Origin: a virus
Taxonomy: Duplodnaviria > Caudoviricetes
DNA length: 44,440 nt
Strand: one strand, 5' to 3'
IMG/VR virus record: IMGVR_UViG_3300030118_002182
Location: 1 to 44,440 of that record
The notes below the pieces were generated by a model, which was not told the origin of the DNA, did not search any database, and saw nothing but the letters and a program-made list of their open reading frames with translations. Numbering within the stretch: position 1 is the first letter of the stretch; the number at the start of each line of letters is the position of its first letter. Made by a program: the position numbers and the translations under genes. Below, one piece after another: positions 1-9,646 of the stretch.

Positions 1-1350
1 TGAACAAATATTATAGAAGATATTTTTGGTACACCTGCTGAACGTATACAACAAAGACAGTTAGAAGCAGCTCAAGAGTTACAACAAGAACGAAGAGTTC
101 AAAAGCAAAAAGAATCTGACTATAGATTGTTTATGCAGTTTGAAAGAAACTTTGAGAACTTGTCCGACAAAAGAAGTTTAGCAGACCAAATGGGCTTAGA
201 TGAACTTGTTGCAGGTATGGATAACAAGTATGACTTTGGCACTATACAATCTGAAGAACAGTTATTACAAGATATGACCAAAGCAGCAGATGCAAAAGAG
301 TTAGTACAAATCTATAGCAACATTAGAGATGACAGTTATTATTCTGATAAAGCACTTACAGTTGCAGAAAGTAGAATGAAAGATTTTGGAAACATTATAC
401 CTGCTGAACAAAGAGCTGAATATGATTTGAATAAAGCAGATTACTACGATGGAGTACAAGCTATACAGAGATATGAGCAAGAAATAGCTAATACAAAAGA
501 ACCGTTTGCAAACCCTCAAATAAATATCGGTACTAAAACCAATGCAATACCTATTTCCTACAATGACCTTGTAAAATTAAATAACGATGAAAAAGCAAAA
601 CAAGTATTAAGACTTAAAGCCATAGAAGCTTATGAAAATAATTTTAACAATCAGTTTCAATATGCACTATCACAGTTTGGTCCACAACCAGAGGCAGGTC
701 AGGGAGAAGGAGTTGAAGCTGTAGATAATGTAGTAGATGTAAACACAGTAAATAATATGGAAGAAATAAATGACGTTATAACTGAAACAAACTTAACAGA
801 TATAGATGATTTAGGTTTAGATGAACAGTATGTAAAAACTTTGGAAAATTTAGATATATCTGCAATAGATGCAGATGTATTAGGAGATGACCCATCACAG
901 ATAATGGAACCTATTGTTTCTTCACTAGAAAACATACAGTCTTTTTTAACTGCAGATGTTGAATCAGGAGCTTACTTTGGTGATGAAAGTAAAGCTGAAT
1001 TTCAAGATGAAGTTAAAAATTTATCAAAAGAATTATTTGAACTTGGAATAAACGTTAGCGATAATGAGGTTGTAAGGCTATTAAATACTGCAGACTTTGG
1101 AGGTACACCATCATATGATATTATCTTTGGTGGACCTGATGCAATAGGTGATGTTGAAAGACGCAAGATAGAAAAAAAGGTTGAAAGAACCAGAAAGAGA
1201 ATTGAAAAATCACAAAGAGGAGAAGGTCTAAATCCTAAAGTTTTAGATATGTTTGGCACAGAAGACAAGCTTAAAAGATTAATAAATGAGTTAGATTCTC
1301 CGCAACAATTTACTTCAGAAGATTTACTTCGTATGTTATCGGAGGGCTAA
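1..1350 (+). CDS. Acidic putative internal virion/ejection protein, 3' part (true start ATG 44302 across the junction, ~466 aa)
   Basis: Frame is continuous through the overlap from MANGLTRPLNIESRAPKRTNIIEDIF; lies between other large virion-module genes. Confidence 0.6.
2..88. repeat. Terminal direct repeat (assembly circularisation overlap), copy 1
   Basis: Identical to 44354-44440. Confidence 0.97.
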
Positions 1351-4300
1351 TGCCACATCAACCAGGACATAATCAAAATCCACAAAGAGTGCTACCTGCA
1401 CCATCTGCAGAAACCTACGTGCAGATGCCAATCCGATTAGAAACACCTTCTTATACAAGTGCTTTATTTCAAGAGGGATATAATAGAAGCATCTTCGGTC
1501 TTATGAATCAACTAAACGGTGGAGAAAAGTATGACCTATCTGGTTTTGAAAGCGGTACATTATTTGATGTATTAGCATCTGTTGCATCTTTTGGTTTTGA
1601 TATACCATTTTATCTTGGAGGTGGAGGTCTAGGTGGTGTTGCATTTAAACAAGTAGCCAAGACTGGTGCCAAAGAAACAATCAAAAGACAAGCTCTAAGA
1701 AAACAAATGCAAAACAATATCAATAATGCTACCAAAACATTAGCAGATAATGGTGCAAATCCTACCTACTTAGCAAGAGCTAACAAAAAATTAAAGAAAG
1801 CGTTTTTAGAAGATGGAGAGTTTATTGTAAAAGACTCTTCTGGTTTTGCTTTGATTAGTGGTATGCACGAATACTATAATCAAAAATTAACAGGAGACGA
1901 TGTAGAGTTTACCAAAGTATTTAATAAGGCGTTGGTAGGAGCAGCTGCTTTTCCTGTTGGTAGAGCTACTGGTGTAGCAGCAGCAAGTGTGTTTAGAGGT
2001 AAGGTACCATCAGCAGGAGCAAGAGGACTTGGTGAAGGCTTTGGATTTACTTTACCATATGCTTGGGAAAATGGAGAAGTCTTGCCTAGCCCTGAAGATT
2101 TTGCGGTGGTTGGTGGTATATTAGGTGCTGCAAGATTAACAGGTGCAGGTATGAGAAAGTACAGTAAAAACCAACAAGCACTTATTGATGACACGAACAA
2201 AGCTTTTGGTAATAAAAATTCTATAAAGTTTGAAGACAGACCTGATGAAATAAAAAAAGTAGCAGTCAATATTTTTAACTCAAGAAATAAGGATGACTTT
2301 TTCAAAAGAGAATTTTATGATACAGATGGTTCCAGAATATTTATACAAAAAGTAGATGACTTTGGAGACATTGTATATAGAAGAGAACAAGGTAACGTCA
2401 CAGAAAAACTATCTGAAATAAAATTCTATGAAAAATTTAATATTAAAAATAGCAACAAGACACCAAGATTTAATCTTGTAAAATCAATAGGAGATAAGTT
2501 AGACCATCTTAATATTGTAGATGATGATGAAATAAGAAAGCTATTGTTTTCACTGAGAGGTGGCAATGTCCCTAAAAATTTAGGTCCAAGAGACAGAGGG
2601 TTTGGTGCATTAACAAACAAAGAGTTATTTCATATTAATAAAAAATTAGATACACGTATGAACTTACAAGATATAAGTCAAAGATATGCTGCTATTGACC
2701 AGGCAACAAAGAGAAATTATATGGGTGGTCCTTTTGGTGGGTTGCAAAAAATATTTGATAAGCTAACTATAGATGGCTTTACATTTGCTGGTAAAAAAAG
2801 AACAATACCATTATTAAGTTCATTAAGAAGTGTAGAAGCAAAGCTAAGTAAACCTGGTATATCGCCTGAAGCTAAGTATATGTTGTATGATATAAACAAC
2901 TTTACAAATTTGAAATCAGATATTCTAAGCAGGATTCACGACAGATTAAGAAGCAAAGGTTTAATACAAAAAATAGAAGACGAAGATTTAATGACAAAAC
3001 TTACTGGTGAGTTAGAACTTAATAAAGGTTTGACAAACACTATGAGTGAGGGTGCTACTGAAATTCGTATGATATACAATGAGCTATATCAGATGATGAA
3101 AGAAGAAGGAATAGATATACTAGGCTTTGAACAGGCATATGCTGCTAGATTTTTACGTTCAGATATAATAGATACTATCAAAGATGTACGTGCTGGTATA
3201 AATAAAGAAAGACCAGAACTAATGAGATATGATACAGGTATAGTTGGTATATCTAAAATGAGTAAAGAAGATGCTCAATGGTTATCTAATCATTTAGACA
3301 AAGTTGTAGCACAAAACAAAGACAATCCTGGATTGGTTGAGTATTTGCAAACTATGAGAAAAGCATACAAAGATGATGCTCTCGTGTTAGATGATATGAA
3401 TAGACATATTGTGCAAGTAGCAAGTCCACAATTTAACAACATATCAAGAAGCAGAGGTGCTAATATTACTTGGGTTGGAGACAGATATAGTATGGATATA
3501 TTTGATACTAATGCTGTATCAAATCTTATTTCATATACAGAACACGCAGCACAGCAAATAGCAACTACAAGATTTTTTGGTAGAAACTTTGATGATGCTT
3601 TAGCTAAGATTGACGATTTAAGAATTAATAAGGGCGATGATTACTCTGCAAATATTTTAAGAGATGTATTGGCAAGAGTTAGTGGAGCCATAGAAATTGA
3701 CCCTTTAAGTAATTATAAACACAAAGATTTCTTTCAAGCTGCAGTAAATTTTCAGGTGGCTACAAAGATTGGTGGTGGTTTGGCTACACTTGTAAATGTT
3801 ACACAGCCTTTAATATCATCACTGTTATTATCTAATTACAGGATTGGTATTCCTGCCTATATGAAATACTTTGTTTCTAAAGATAGAAAAGAAATGATAA
3901 GAGAATTTGGTATACATAAAGATACAAAATTTTTAAATGTGATGGATGTATTAGCTGGTCGCACAAGATTTACAAAGGGACCAGGAGATAAAGCAGTAGA
4001 GTTTATATTGAAAGCTAGTGGATTTGAGGGAATCAATAGAGTGAATCTTGGTACATCTGCATCTGTTGGTATCGATATGATGAGATATTTAAATAAAGTT
4101 GCTAACGGTGAATCAGTAATGTTAAAAGCTGTCCCGCTGCCAAAGGGTGTAAAAGAAAAAATTATTAACGATACATTAGCAGGACAATCAAGAACTGCTT
4201 GGGCTAAAAGAAAACTGTTTAGAGATTTTGGTGTTACCTGGAGAGGTAGAAAAGATTTGACAGCACAGGAGCTACGTTCTGGTGCATTACAGTTTGCAAA

Positions 4301-5183
4301 AGATTCGCAGCTACAAAGAAATTATTTAAAAGAACCATTGTTTATGACAGAGCCTATGGTTAGACCGTTTATAGTTTTAAAAACATTTGGATTCAAACAA
4401 GCTAAGTTAATTAAAGATGTGTTAGTGAAAGATGTAGAAGAGGGTAATGTTATGCCAGTAATACGACTAGCTATTGGTGCAGGTATTGGTGGTAAAGCTA
4501 TGATTCAATCCAGAGAGTTAATAGAAAACTTATTGACAGGTAAAGATAATTATGATTGGAACAAATCTAAACTAGCACCAACAGGACAGTATGATAAAGA
4601 TGCTCCAATCTTAGAAAGAGTTGGAACTCAGTTTGAAGAGTTACGACCTGGATTTTTTGGTGGTAAAGAGAACTACAAAAGAACTGACTATTGGAAAGAG
4701 CTATTAATGCCTACTATTGAAGAGCTTGGAGCAGTAGGTGCTATGGGTGTGGTCACAGATTTTATGGCAGCAGAAAATGCAAGAAGTAATTTAGAGTTTG
4801 TAATGACACCTGCTATACTAGATGATGTGTCTTCTGTTTGGAATGGTTTTTGGGATGTGATAGATGAACAAGGAGATTATGGTGTTGGTGGTGCATTAAG
4901 AAGAAATCAACCTAGATTTACAAAACTCTTAGGTTCTAATCTAAACAGATTAATTACAAGAGGTGTGCAATCACAGAAACAATATGAAGATAAGATTACT
5001 TATCAAAGAAACAGAGTGCAAAGAGAAATTATTGAAGATATTATTAACAAAGATAAGTTAGCAGCCAAACAAAAACTAGCCTCTTGGAACAGGGCACACC
5101 CTGACCAACCTATCCTTGAACCTGATGCACTAACGATTGTTAGTTATTTATACAGACAACAGCAGAAAAAAGAGAATCAATAA
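1350..5183 (+). CDS. Large putative internal virion/DNA ejection protein (1277 aa)
   Basis: Last gene of the late block, Gly/Ala-rich hydrophobic N-terminal segments, position typical of podovirus ejection proteins. Confidence 0.6.
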   Translation: MPHQPGHNQNPQRVLPAPSAETYVQMPIRLETPSYTSALFQEGYNRSIFGLMNQLNGGEKYDLSGFESGTLFDVLASVASFGFDIPFYLGGGGLGGVAFKQVAKTGAKETIKRQALRKQMQNNINNATKTLADNGANPTYLARANKKLKKAFLEDGEFIVKDSSGFALISGMHEYYNQKLTGDDVEFTKVFNKALVGAAAFPVGRATGVAAASVFRGKVPSAGARGLGEGFGFTLPYAWENGEVLPSPEDFAVVGGILGAARLTGAGMRKYSKNQQALIDDTNKAFGNKNSIKFEDRPDEIKKVAVNIFNSRNKDDFFKREFYDTDGSRIFIQKVDDFGDIVYRREQGNVTEKLSEIKFYEKFNIKNSNKTPRFNLVKSIGDKLDHLNIVDDDEIRKLLFSLRGGNVPKNLGPRDRGFGALTNKELFHINKKLDTRMNLQDISQRYAAIDQATKRNYMGGPFGGLQKIFDKLTIDGFTFAGKKRTIPLLSSLRSVEAKLSKPGISPEAKYMLYDINNFTNLKSDILSRIHDRLRSKGLIQKIEDEDLMTKLTGELELNKGLTNTMSEGATEIRMIYNELYQMMKEEGIDILGFEQAYAARFLRSDIIDTIKDVRAGINKERPELMRYDTGIVGISKMSKEDAQWLSNHLDKVVAQNKDNPGLVEYLQTMRKAYKDDALVLDDMNRHIVQVASPQFNNISRSRGANITWVGDRYSMDIFDTNAVSNLISYTEHAAQQIATTRFFGRNFDDALAKIDDLRINKGDDYSANILRDVLARVSGAIEIDPLSNYKHKDFFQAAVNFQVATKIGGGLATLVNVTQPLISSLLLSNYRIGIPAYMKYFVSKDRKEMIREFGIHKDTKFLNVMDVLAGRTRFTKGPGDKAVEFILKASGFEGINRVNLGTSASVGIDMMRYLNKVANGESVMLKAVPLPKGVKEKIINDTLAGQSRTAWAKRKLFRDFGVTWRGRKDLTAQELRSGALQFAKDSQLQRNYLKEPLFMTEPMVRPFIVLKTFGFKQAKLIKDVLVKDVEEGNVMPVIRLAIGAGIGGKAMIQSRELIENLLTGKDNYDWNKSKLAPTGQYDKDAPILERVGTQFEELRPGFFGGKENYKRTDYWKELLMPTIEELGAVGAMGVVTDFMAAENARSNLEFVMTPAILDDVSSVWNGFWDVIDEQGDYGVGGALRRNQPRFTKLLGSNLNRLITRGVQSQKQYEDKITYQRNRVQREIIEDIINKDKLAAKQKLASWNRAHPDQPILEPDALTIVSYLYRQQQKKENQ

Positions 5184-5304
5184 TTTTTTCGACACTTCTT
5201 GGAAATTTTCTTTACGAGAATAGCCCTAGAATCCATTATCTTTTTCTTTTGGATATAACTATCGACTAATTACACTGATTGCCCTGAAGGCACAACCTCG
5301 TGCG

Positions 5305-5544
5305 TTATTCTGCATTTCGGTATTTTTCGTGCAATTCCAGGGCAACAGCGGACAAATATATACATAAATCCAACAATTCATCTATTGCTTCTTTTAAATT
5401 GTCCCTACTTCCATCAATAGGAACTTGTTCCCCATACTTTATAGCACCTTCATTTATCTTTTCTTTTAACAATGAAAGTATTTTATCGTTGTTTGTTTTC
5501 TTTGGACCATCTTCTAGCCCACGTAATACTTTTCTATCTTTCAT
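5305..5544 (-). CDS. Small all-alpha NTP pyrophosphohydrolase (MazG-like) candidate
   Basis: KYG...EAIDELLDLCIYL motif. Confidence 0.45.
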   Translation of the reverse strand: MKDRKVLRGLEDGPKKTNNDKILSLLKEKINEGAIKYGEQVPIDGSRDNLKEAIDELLDLCIYLSAVALELHEKYRNAE

Positions 5545-5699
5545 TTTGTTTGGTGCCAGGTTCTACCATACTTAGCATAGAACTCTTCTTCAAGTTTATA
5601 TCTTCTCTTTGAGAATGCAGGATAAGACGTGACTTTCTTTTGTCTTTCCTCTGGTGTTAATTCAGGTTTCTTACCCCATTCGGTTTTTGTTTCTTTCAT
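5541..5699 (-). CDS. Hypothetical protein, 52 aa (MKETKTEWGKKPEL...), absent from ORF track
   Basis: AAGGAGG RBS; stop overlaps next ATG (ATGA). Confidence 0.75.
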   Translation of the reverse strand: MKETKTEWGKKPELTPEERQKKVTSYPAFSKRRYKLEEEFYAKYGRTWHQTK

Positions 5700-5718
5700 T
5701 ATGCCTCCTTAGTTGTTG

Positions 5719-5856
5719 TTGGGCTAACGAGCAGCCAACCCTTTTTGCAAACAATAATCTTTTATTTAGAGCATATATAAAGGTAAGACAGGGTTGGATA
5801 CCTGCGACACTCCTTACAATGCCATTAAATTTTATTGTTATTAAATGTTAGCCCAA
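5719..5856 (-). ncRNA. Structured intergenic RNA candidate (nested stems, possible pseudoknot)
   Basis: 5719-28/5847-56 10 bp; 5735-42/5790-97 8 bp; crossing 5750-57/5832-39 8 bp. Confidence 0.45.
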
Positions 5857-5863
5857 GAATTAA

Positions 5864-5923
5864 GTGTCAAGCAGGAAAGGAAAACAGAGGTGAAAAATGA
5901 AAAAACCCAAAACTGCCTGACAC
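5864..5923 (-). ncRNA. Hairpin with 38-nt pyrimidine-rich anti-RBS loop
   Basis: 11-bp stem complete only on minus strand (G-U wobble); loop complementary to GAGGTGAAAAATGAAA. Confidence 0.45.
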
Positions 5924-5929
5924 CTACTG

Positions 5930-6187
5930 TTAAAACGGTAAGTCATCTTCTTTACTTGAAGATGTGCTTGTCTTACCTCTTTTTGATTCGTATTCGTCAT
6001 TGCTTTCAAACTTAATTGAAATATACTCATTGCCATTACTTGCTTTCTTAGTCCAACCTGATATTTTACCTTCAACCCCATTGAAAGTAACAGTGCCTAT
6101 TGTTTTCCAATTAGGTCTAAGTGGATTTTCACCTGGGTCATTGTAAAATAAGTTTGCAGTGTTTGGTTTTGGTACGAACTTACTCAT
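5930..6187 (-). CDS. Small SSB-like protein
   Basis: Beta-rich with acidic C-tail EDDLPF typical of SSBs. Confidence 0.6.
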   Translation of the reverse strand: MSKFVPKPNTANLFYNDPGENPLRPNWKTIGTVTFNGVEGKISGWTKKASNGNEYISIKFESNDEYESKRGKTSTSSSKEDDLPF

Positions 6188-6446
6188 TTGATGTCTCCTT
6201 TATATGTTCAACAGATACAGGATTAGCTGAAGCTTCTCTCATTTCTTCAGGCGGTCTGTTTTCTGCTATTATTTTTTCATTATTAATTTTTTCTTCAACC
6301 TTCATTCTTATATTTCTAAGGTCTTTTCTTATACCATCTTCCAATTTACTTTTTTTTGGTTGTCTGGTATATACTTCTATAATATTTTCTAGCTCCTCTA
6401 ATCTAAACTTAAATGTTATTGTGATGTCTTTAAAATTCATTTTCAT
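6180..6446 (-). CDS. Hypothetical protein
   Basis: ORF overlapping neighbours in operon. Confidence 0.7.
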   Translation of the reverse strand: MKMNFKDITITFKFRLEELENIIEVYTRQPKKSKLEDGIRKDLRNIRMKVEEKINNEKIIAENRPPEEMREASANPVSVEHIKETSNE

Positions 6447-6625
6447 TTTTTTACCTTTTCATATTTATATTTTCTTGCTCTGTTTACTCTACGAGAGTCA
6501 CTAGAACTTAATAATTTTTTTCTGTACTTACCAACCAATTCATTGTATCTCTCTACACCCTTAGTTGTGATAGCACCTTTATCAATCAGGTTTCTGTATA
6601 CTTTTATCAAGCCACTAAGCTTCAT
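6443..6625 (-). CDS. Hypothetical basic protein
   Basis: ORF coupled to neighbours. Confidence 0.65.
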   Translation of the reverse strand: MKLSGLIKVYRNLIDKGAITTKGVERYNELVGKYRKKLLSSSDSRRVNRARKYKYEKVKK

Positions 6626-6962
6626 CTATTTTGTAAAACAATTTAAGCATTAGTAAATAGCTTTCTAAATCTACAACTATCATAGGCTTCAATCTATCAG
6701 CTCTTATTACAACTCCTACCTCTTGTTTTTCAGGAAGTAAATAAGATGGTAAAGTTTTACGCATCTTACATCCATAGTATTTATCTTCTATTAAGATGTC
6801 CCCCATAGGATGATTAGCACCACCCCTATCTCTGTTGTGAGCATCTAGCCCATATTCTTTAGCTAGGTTCACTGCTTGTCTCTGCAGCTCTGCTCCCCTC
6901 TGTCTGTTTCTTCTTCCTCTTTGTTGATTTGTCTTCTTCTTTGCCAATCTTATCCTCCACAA
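6615..6962 (-). CDS. Holliday-junction-resolvase-like PD-(D/E)XK protein
   Basis: RNRQRGAELQR...GDILIE...GCK pattern; the usual catalytic Glu positions look degenerate. Confidence 0.55.
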   Translation of the reverse strand: MWRIRLAKKKTNQQRGRRNRQRGAELQRQAVNLAKEYGLDAHNRDRGGANHPMGDILIEDKYYGCKMRKTLPSYLLPEKQEVGVVIRADRLKPMIVVDLESYLLMLKLFYKIDEA

Positions 6963-7122
6963 ACTTTGTAAGTTTATCTACATCTTTATTCATATCAAGA
7001 TAAGAGTTTAACAAAAACTTAACTCCGTGTAATTCTGTATATAGAGTTTGTATTTGTCTGTCAAATCCAGATAGTATCTTTAACATATCTTTGTATGTTA
7101 ATTTATTTTTCTTTTGTTTCAT
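6859..7122 (-). CDS. Hypothetical coiled-coil protein
   Basis: ORF in early/middle operon. Confidence 0.65.
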   Translation of the reverse strand: MKQKKNKLTYKDMLKILSGFDRQIQTLYTELHGVKFLLNSYLDMNKDVDKLTKFVEDKIGKEEDKSTKRKKKQTEGSRAAETSSEPS

Positions 7123-7471
7123 ATGCCAACGGGTTGTTTACTTCCATTCTAAATGTAATTACTACTGTGCTATCAGTTTCTATAATCTCATCTAATATTT
7201 CGTGAACCTCGTCTCTCATTTGCTCAACACTTTTCTTTTCTACTTCTTGTGCTGCTTGTTTTTTCATACTTTTATGTATACTATCTACCTTTGCTTTCTC
7301 TTCTTGTGTCAATTCAGGTAGTTCATAATTACTTTGAACCTCTGGTTTAGGTAATATGCTTGGACTATTTTCAAACTTTTCTTGATTGATGTTTGTTCCA
7401 ACCCAAGACATATATGTCATTAGTATCAAAAATAAAGCTACTATACTAAGTGCCATTCCATCTTTATTCAT
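7103..7471 (-). CDS. Membrane-anchored hypothetical protein
   Basis: N-terminal hydrophobic helix; AAGGAG RBS. Confidence 0.7.
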   Translation of the reverse strand: MNKDGMALSIVALFLILMTYMSWVGTNINQEKFENSPSILPKPEVQSNYELPELTQEEKAKVDSIHKSMKKQAAQEVEKKSVEQMRDEVHEILDEIIETDSTVVITFRMEVNNPLAYETKEK

Positions 7472-7588
7472 TCTTTCTCCTTTAGCTTATTGATAAGCTT
7501 TTCTGTTTTTTCTAATTTAAAATATTGTATATACACCCAACTATCTTTACAATGAAGTAAGTTATAAATCATAGTATGATTACCTTTA

Positions 7589-7924
7589 TCATTCTGTTGT
7601 ATCAAATATTTTAATTTGGCTCTCTTCATTCTTACTCCACTCGGTCAATGATAATCCTATCTGATTACCAAAACCTCTATTGAAAGTAAAACCTCTTGAA
7701 CGAACTGCCTCAATGCTAGAGTAATAGGTTATGCCTGTCAGCTTATCCTTTACTTTAATCTTTGAGGCACCAAGTTCTTCCGCTTTTGACAGAGCCAATT
7801 CATCAAAAGCTATGGCTGGTGGTGTTCGTAGGAAGTGTTTAGATGAATCTACTTGTTTTGAAAGAGTATCTCCACTAACAGTGCCCACCACTTTATTATC
7901 TAGTTTTACTACCTTTGATTTCAT
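7589..7924 (-). CDS. Hypothetical phage protein
   Basis: 111-aa ORF in operon. Confidence 0.7.
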   Translation of the reverse strand: MKSKVVKLDNKVVGTVSGDTLSKQVDSSKHFLRTPPAIAFDELALSKAEELGASKIKVKDKLTGITYYSSIEAVRSRGFTFNRGFGNQIGLSLTEWSKNEESQIKIFDTTE

Positions 7925-7954
7925 ATACGAAGATAACCAATTAAGTTAGTAGTT

Positions 7955-8620
7955 TCAACTAAAGATTTTTTCAACTTCATCAGAATCAAGTGGGGGGTTC
8001 TTTTTATCTATCAAACCTTCCAGCCAAGTCTTTGTGTTGTCTATGTTGTTGGTATTGATACGACCACTTGCGATTCCATCTCTTACTTTCTGTTTGATTT
8101 CATCTCCAAGGTCTTTACACATACCTCTCAATATCACTGCGTCTGTATCTGTGATAGTGCTACCGCTTACCTTTGGTTTTGCTTGTGCAGTTTTCTTTAT
8201 AGGCTTTGCTTGTGTAGCTACCTTTGCTACATCATTGTCTTCATCACTAGCAATGCCCACAAAAGCAGACAAGCTGTATCTTCTAAAGTATGTGATAGCT
8301 GAACCAACTGATTGATATACATTCATCTGTTTAGATTCTACGATTGGTGAATACACCGCACTACGAATCCACTCTCCTGATGTGTGCATATACAAAGTCT
8401 CAACACCTATCTCGCTGTCAGAGCCTACTGGCATCTGAACAAATGATATGCCGTGCTTGGTTAGTAGTGGTCTAAGATATTTAACTAACGCATCATATGA
8501 TGTGTAGGTATACCCATAGCCTTTGCTATCCTTTGGCATATCAGCAATCTCTTTCTGAATCTTTACCTGTGCTGCTGCAAGGCTTTTGATTGATTCAGAC
8601 ATCTTTGTTTCTTGTCTCAT
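7955..8620 (-). CDS. erf: ERF-family ssDNA annealing protein
   Basis: KDSKGYGYTY...LMHTSGEW-like segment...QSVGSAITYFRRYSLSAFVGIASDEDND signature. Confidence 0.9.
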   Translation of the reverse strand: MRQETKMSESIKSLAAAQVKIQKEIADMPKDSKGYGYTYTSYDALVKYLRPLLTKHGISFVQMPVGSDSEIGVETLYMHTSGEWIRSAVYSPIVESKQMNVYQSVGSAITYFRRYSLSAFVGIASDEDNDVAKVATQAKPIKKTAQAKPKVSGSTITDTDAVILRGMCKDLGDEIKQKVRDGIASGRINTNNIDNTKTWLEGLIDKKNPPLDSDEVEKIFS

Positions 8621-8762
8621 TGTTTCTCCTTTTTATTTCATCATTTACTTGTTTCATTTTTTTATACAAAGCCAAAAACTTTTTGTCTTTAAATATAATA
8701 TTGTTTTTATTTAAATGCTTTTCTTTTTGTATATCAAAAGCATCATCTATTATCTTTTTCAT
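8595..8762 (-). CDS. Hypothetical protein, 55 aa
   Basis: Start overlaps upstream stop (ATGA). Confidence 0.5.
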   Translation of the reverse strand: MKKIIDDAFDIQKEKHLNKNNIIFKDKKFLALYKKMKQVNDEIKRRNNETRNKDV

Positions 8763-8887
8763 TTTCTCAACTTTCTGATTGATGATATTGAGTTGTAATA
8801 CATAAACTCAAACCCCAAGTCTTTTAGCTTGTCAATCAACTTACTTATTTTTTCTTGTATCTCAAACGCTTTTTCTGCTTCACTCAT
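8759..8887 (-). CDS. Hypothetical protein, 42 aa (MSEAEKAF...)
   Basis: AAGGA RBS before ATG 8887. Confidence 0.6.
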   Translation of the reverse strand: MSEAEKAFEIQEKISKLIDKLKDLGFEFMYYNSISSIRKLRK

Positions 8888-8906
8888 TGTTCTTTCCTTA
8901 TGTTGT

Positions 8907-8928
8907 GGGCAGGGTTTTACCCCTGCCC
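8907..8928 (-). terminator. GC-rich hairpin after the HExxH gene
   Basis: GGGCAGGG/CCCTGCCC perfect 8-bp stem; no clear U-tract on minus strand. Confidence 0.45.
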
Positions 8929-8936
8929 TCTGTTTA

Positions 8937-9464
8937 TTATTTAGTAAATGTCCATTTACCATTAACCCTTTTGAAGGTAGCTTTTCGTTTCTTCAACTGT
9001 TCTTGAAACTTTCTAGCTTCATACGTTATCAGAAACCGTGCGTAGTGTGGATAGTTTTCCATCACATACTCTTGCTCATTCGTGGTAGTCAAAAGCTCAC
9101 CAACAGGCAAACCGAGTATGTACTGCAGGATATGAGTGAACTCGTGAACAAGTGTAATTTCTAATCCCACTTGTGGCTCAACATCAACTCCCTGTGCAGG
9201 ACAAATCCATCCGCTTGGTGTCTTTTTGAAATAACTATACCACTTCTTTTTTCTACTTGGTTTCATAGCAACTCTCATAGCTAGTCCATCTTTCAAACGA
9301 TACTTTGGTGCAAATCCATTTCTGGAGGCAAACGACCTCACTCCTGATTTTGCCCAATAGATATTATCAAAACCTACCCATTGTTCGTTTGATTTTAATT
9401 CAGGATATTTATTTTCTAAAAATCCTTTAGCTTTTTCAAGAGCTATTTCTTTATTTAACTTCAT
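8937..9464 (-). CDS. Putative zinc metallopeptidase-like protein
   Basis: TLVHEFTHILQ (HExxH) plus downstream Glu; own promoter. Confidence 0.55.
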   Translation of the reverse strand: MKLNKEIALEKAKGFLENKYPELKSNEQWVGFDNIYWAKSGVRSFASRNGFAPKYRLKDGLAMRVAMKPSRKKKWYSYFKKTPSGWICPAQGVDVEPQVGLEITLVHEFTHILQYILGLPVGELLTTTNEQEYVMENYPHYARFLITYEARKFQEQLKKRKATFKRVNGKWTFTK

Positions 9465-9524
9465 TTAAAGTCCTCTGTTTTAGGATTAATATGTAGCCAA
9501 ACTTGTGTTTGACTCTACTACTTA

Positions 9525-9549
9525 TACGCCACAAACTTTAAAAGGTTCC
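9525..9549 (-). promoter_or_regulatory. ECF-type promoter 1
   Basis: GGAAC-N16-CGTA with upstream A-tract. Confidence 0.8.
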
Positions 9550-9560
9550 CAACTTTTTTT

Positions 9561-9646
9561 TATAGAGGGTCGCAAACATATCAACTCACACTTGTAGCCA
9601 ATCTCAATTAAAGGAGAGTGAGGATTTGAGTTCACGACCCACTATA
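9561..9646 (-). ncRNA. Long hairpin carrying anti-SD UCUCCUUU in apical region
   Basis: GGGUCGUGAAC/GUUUGCGACCC 11 bp with two G-U on minus strand; CUCAC/GUGAG. Confidence 0.45.

Noticed and set aside
1-88. Biological terminal repeat, or a TGA stop at position 1
   Set aside because: The overlap falls mid-gene and base 1 mismatches 44353, consistent with assembly circularisation rather than a physical end or pseudogene
5860-6081. 73-aa ORF overlapping the SSB-like gene
   Set aside because: Alternate frame running through an RNA hairpin, no convincing RBS
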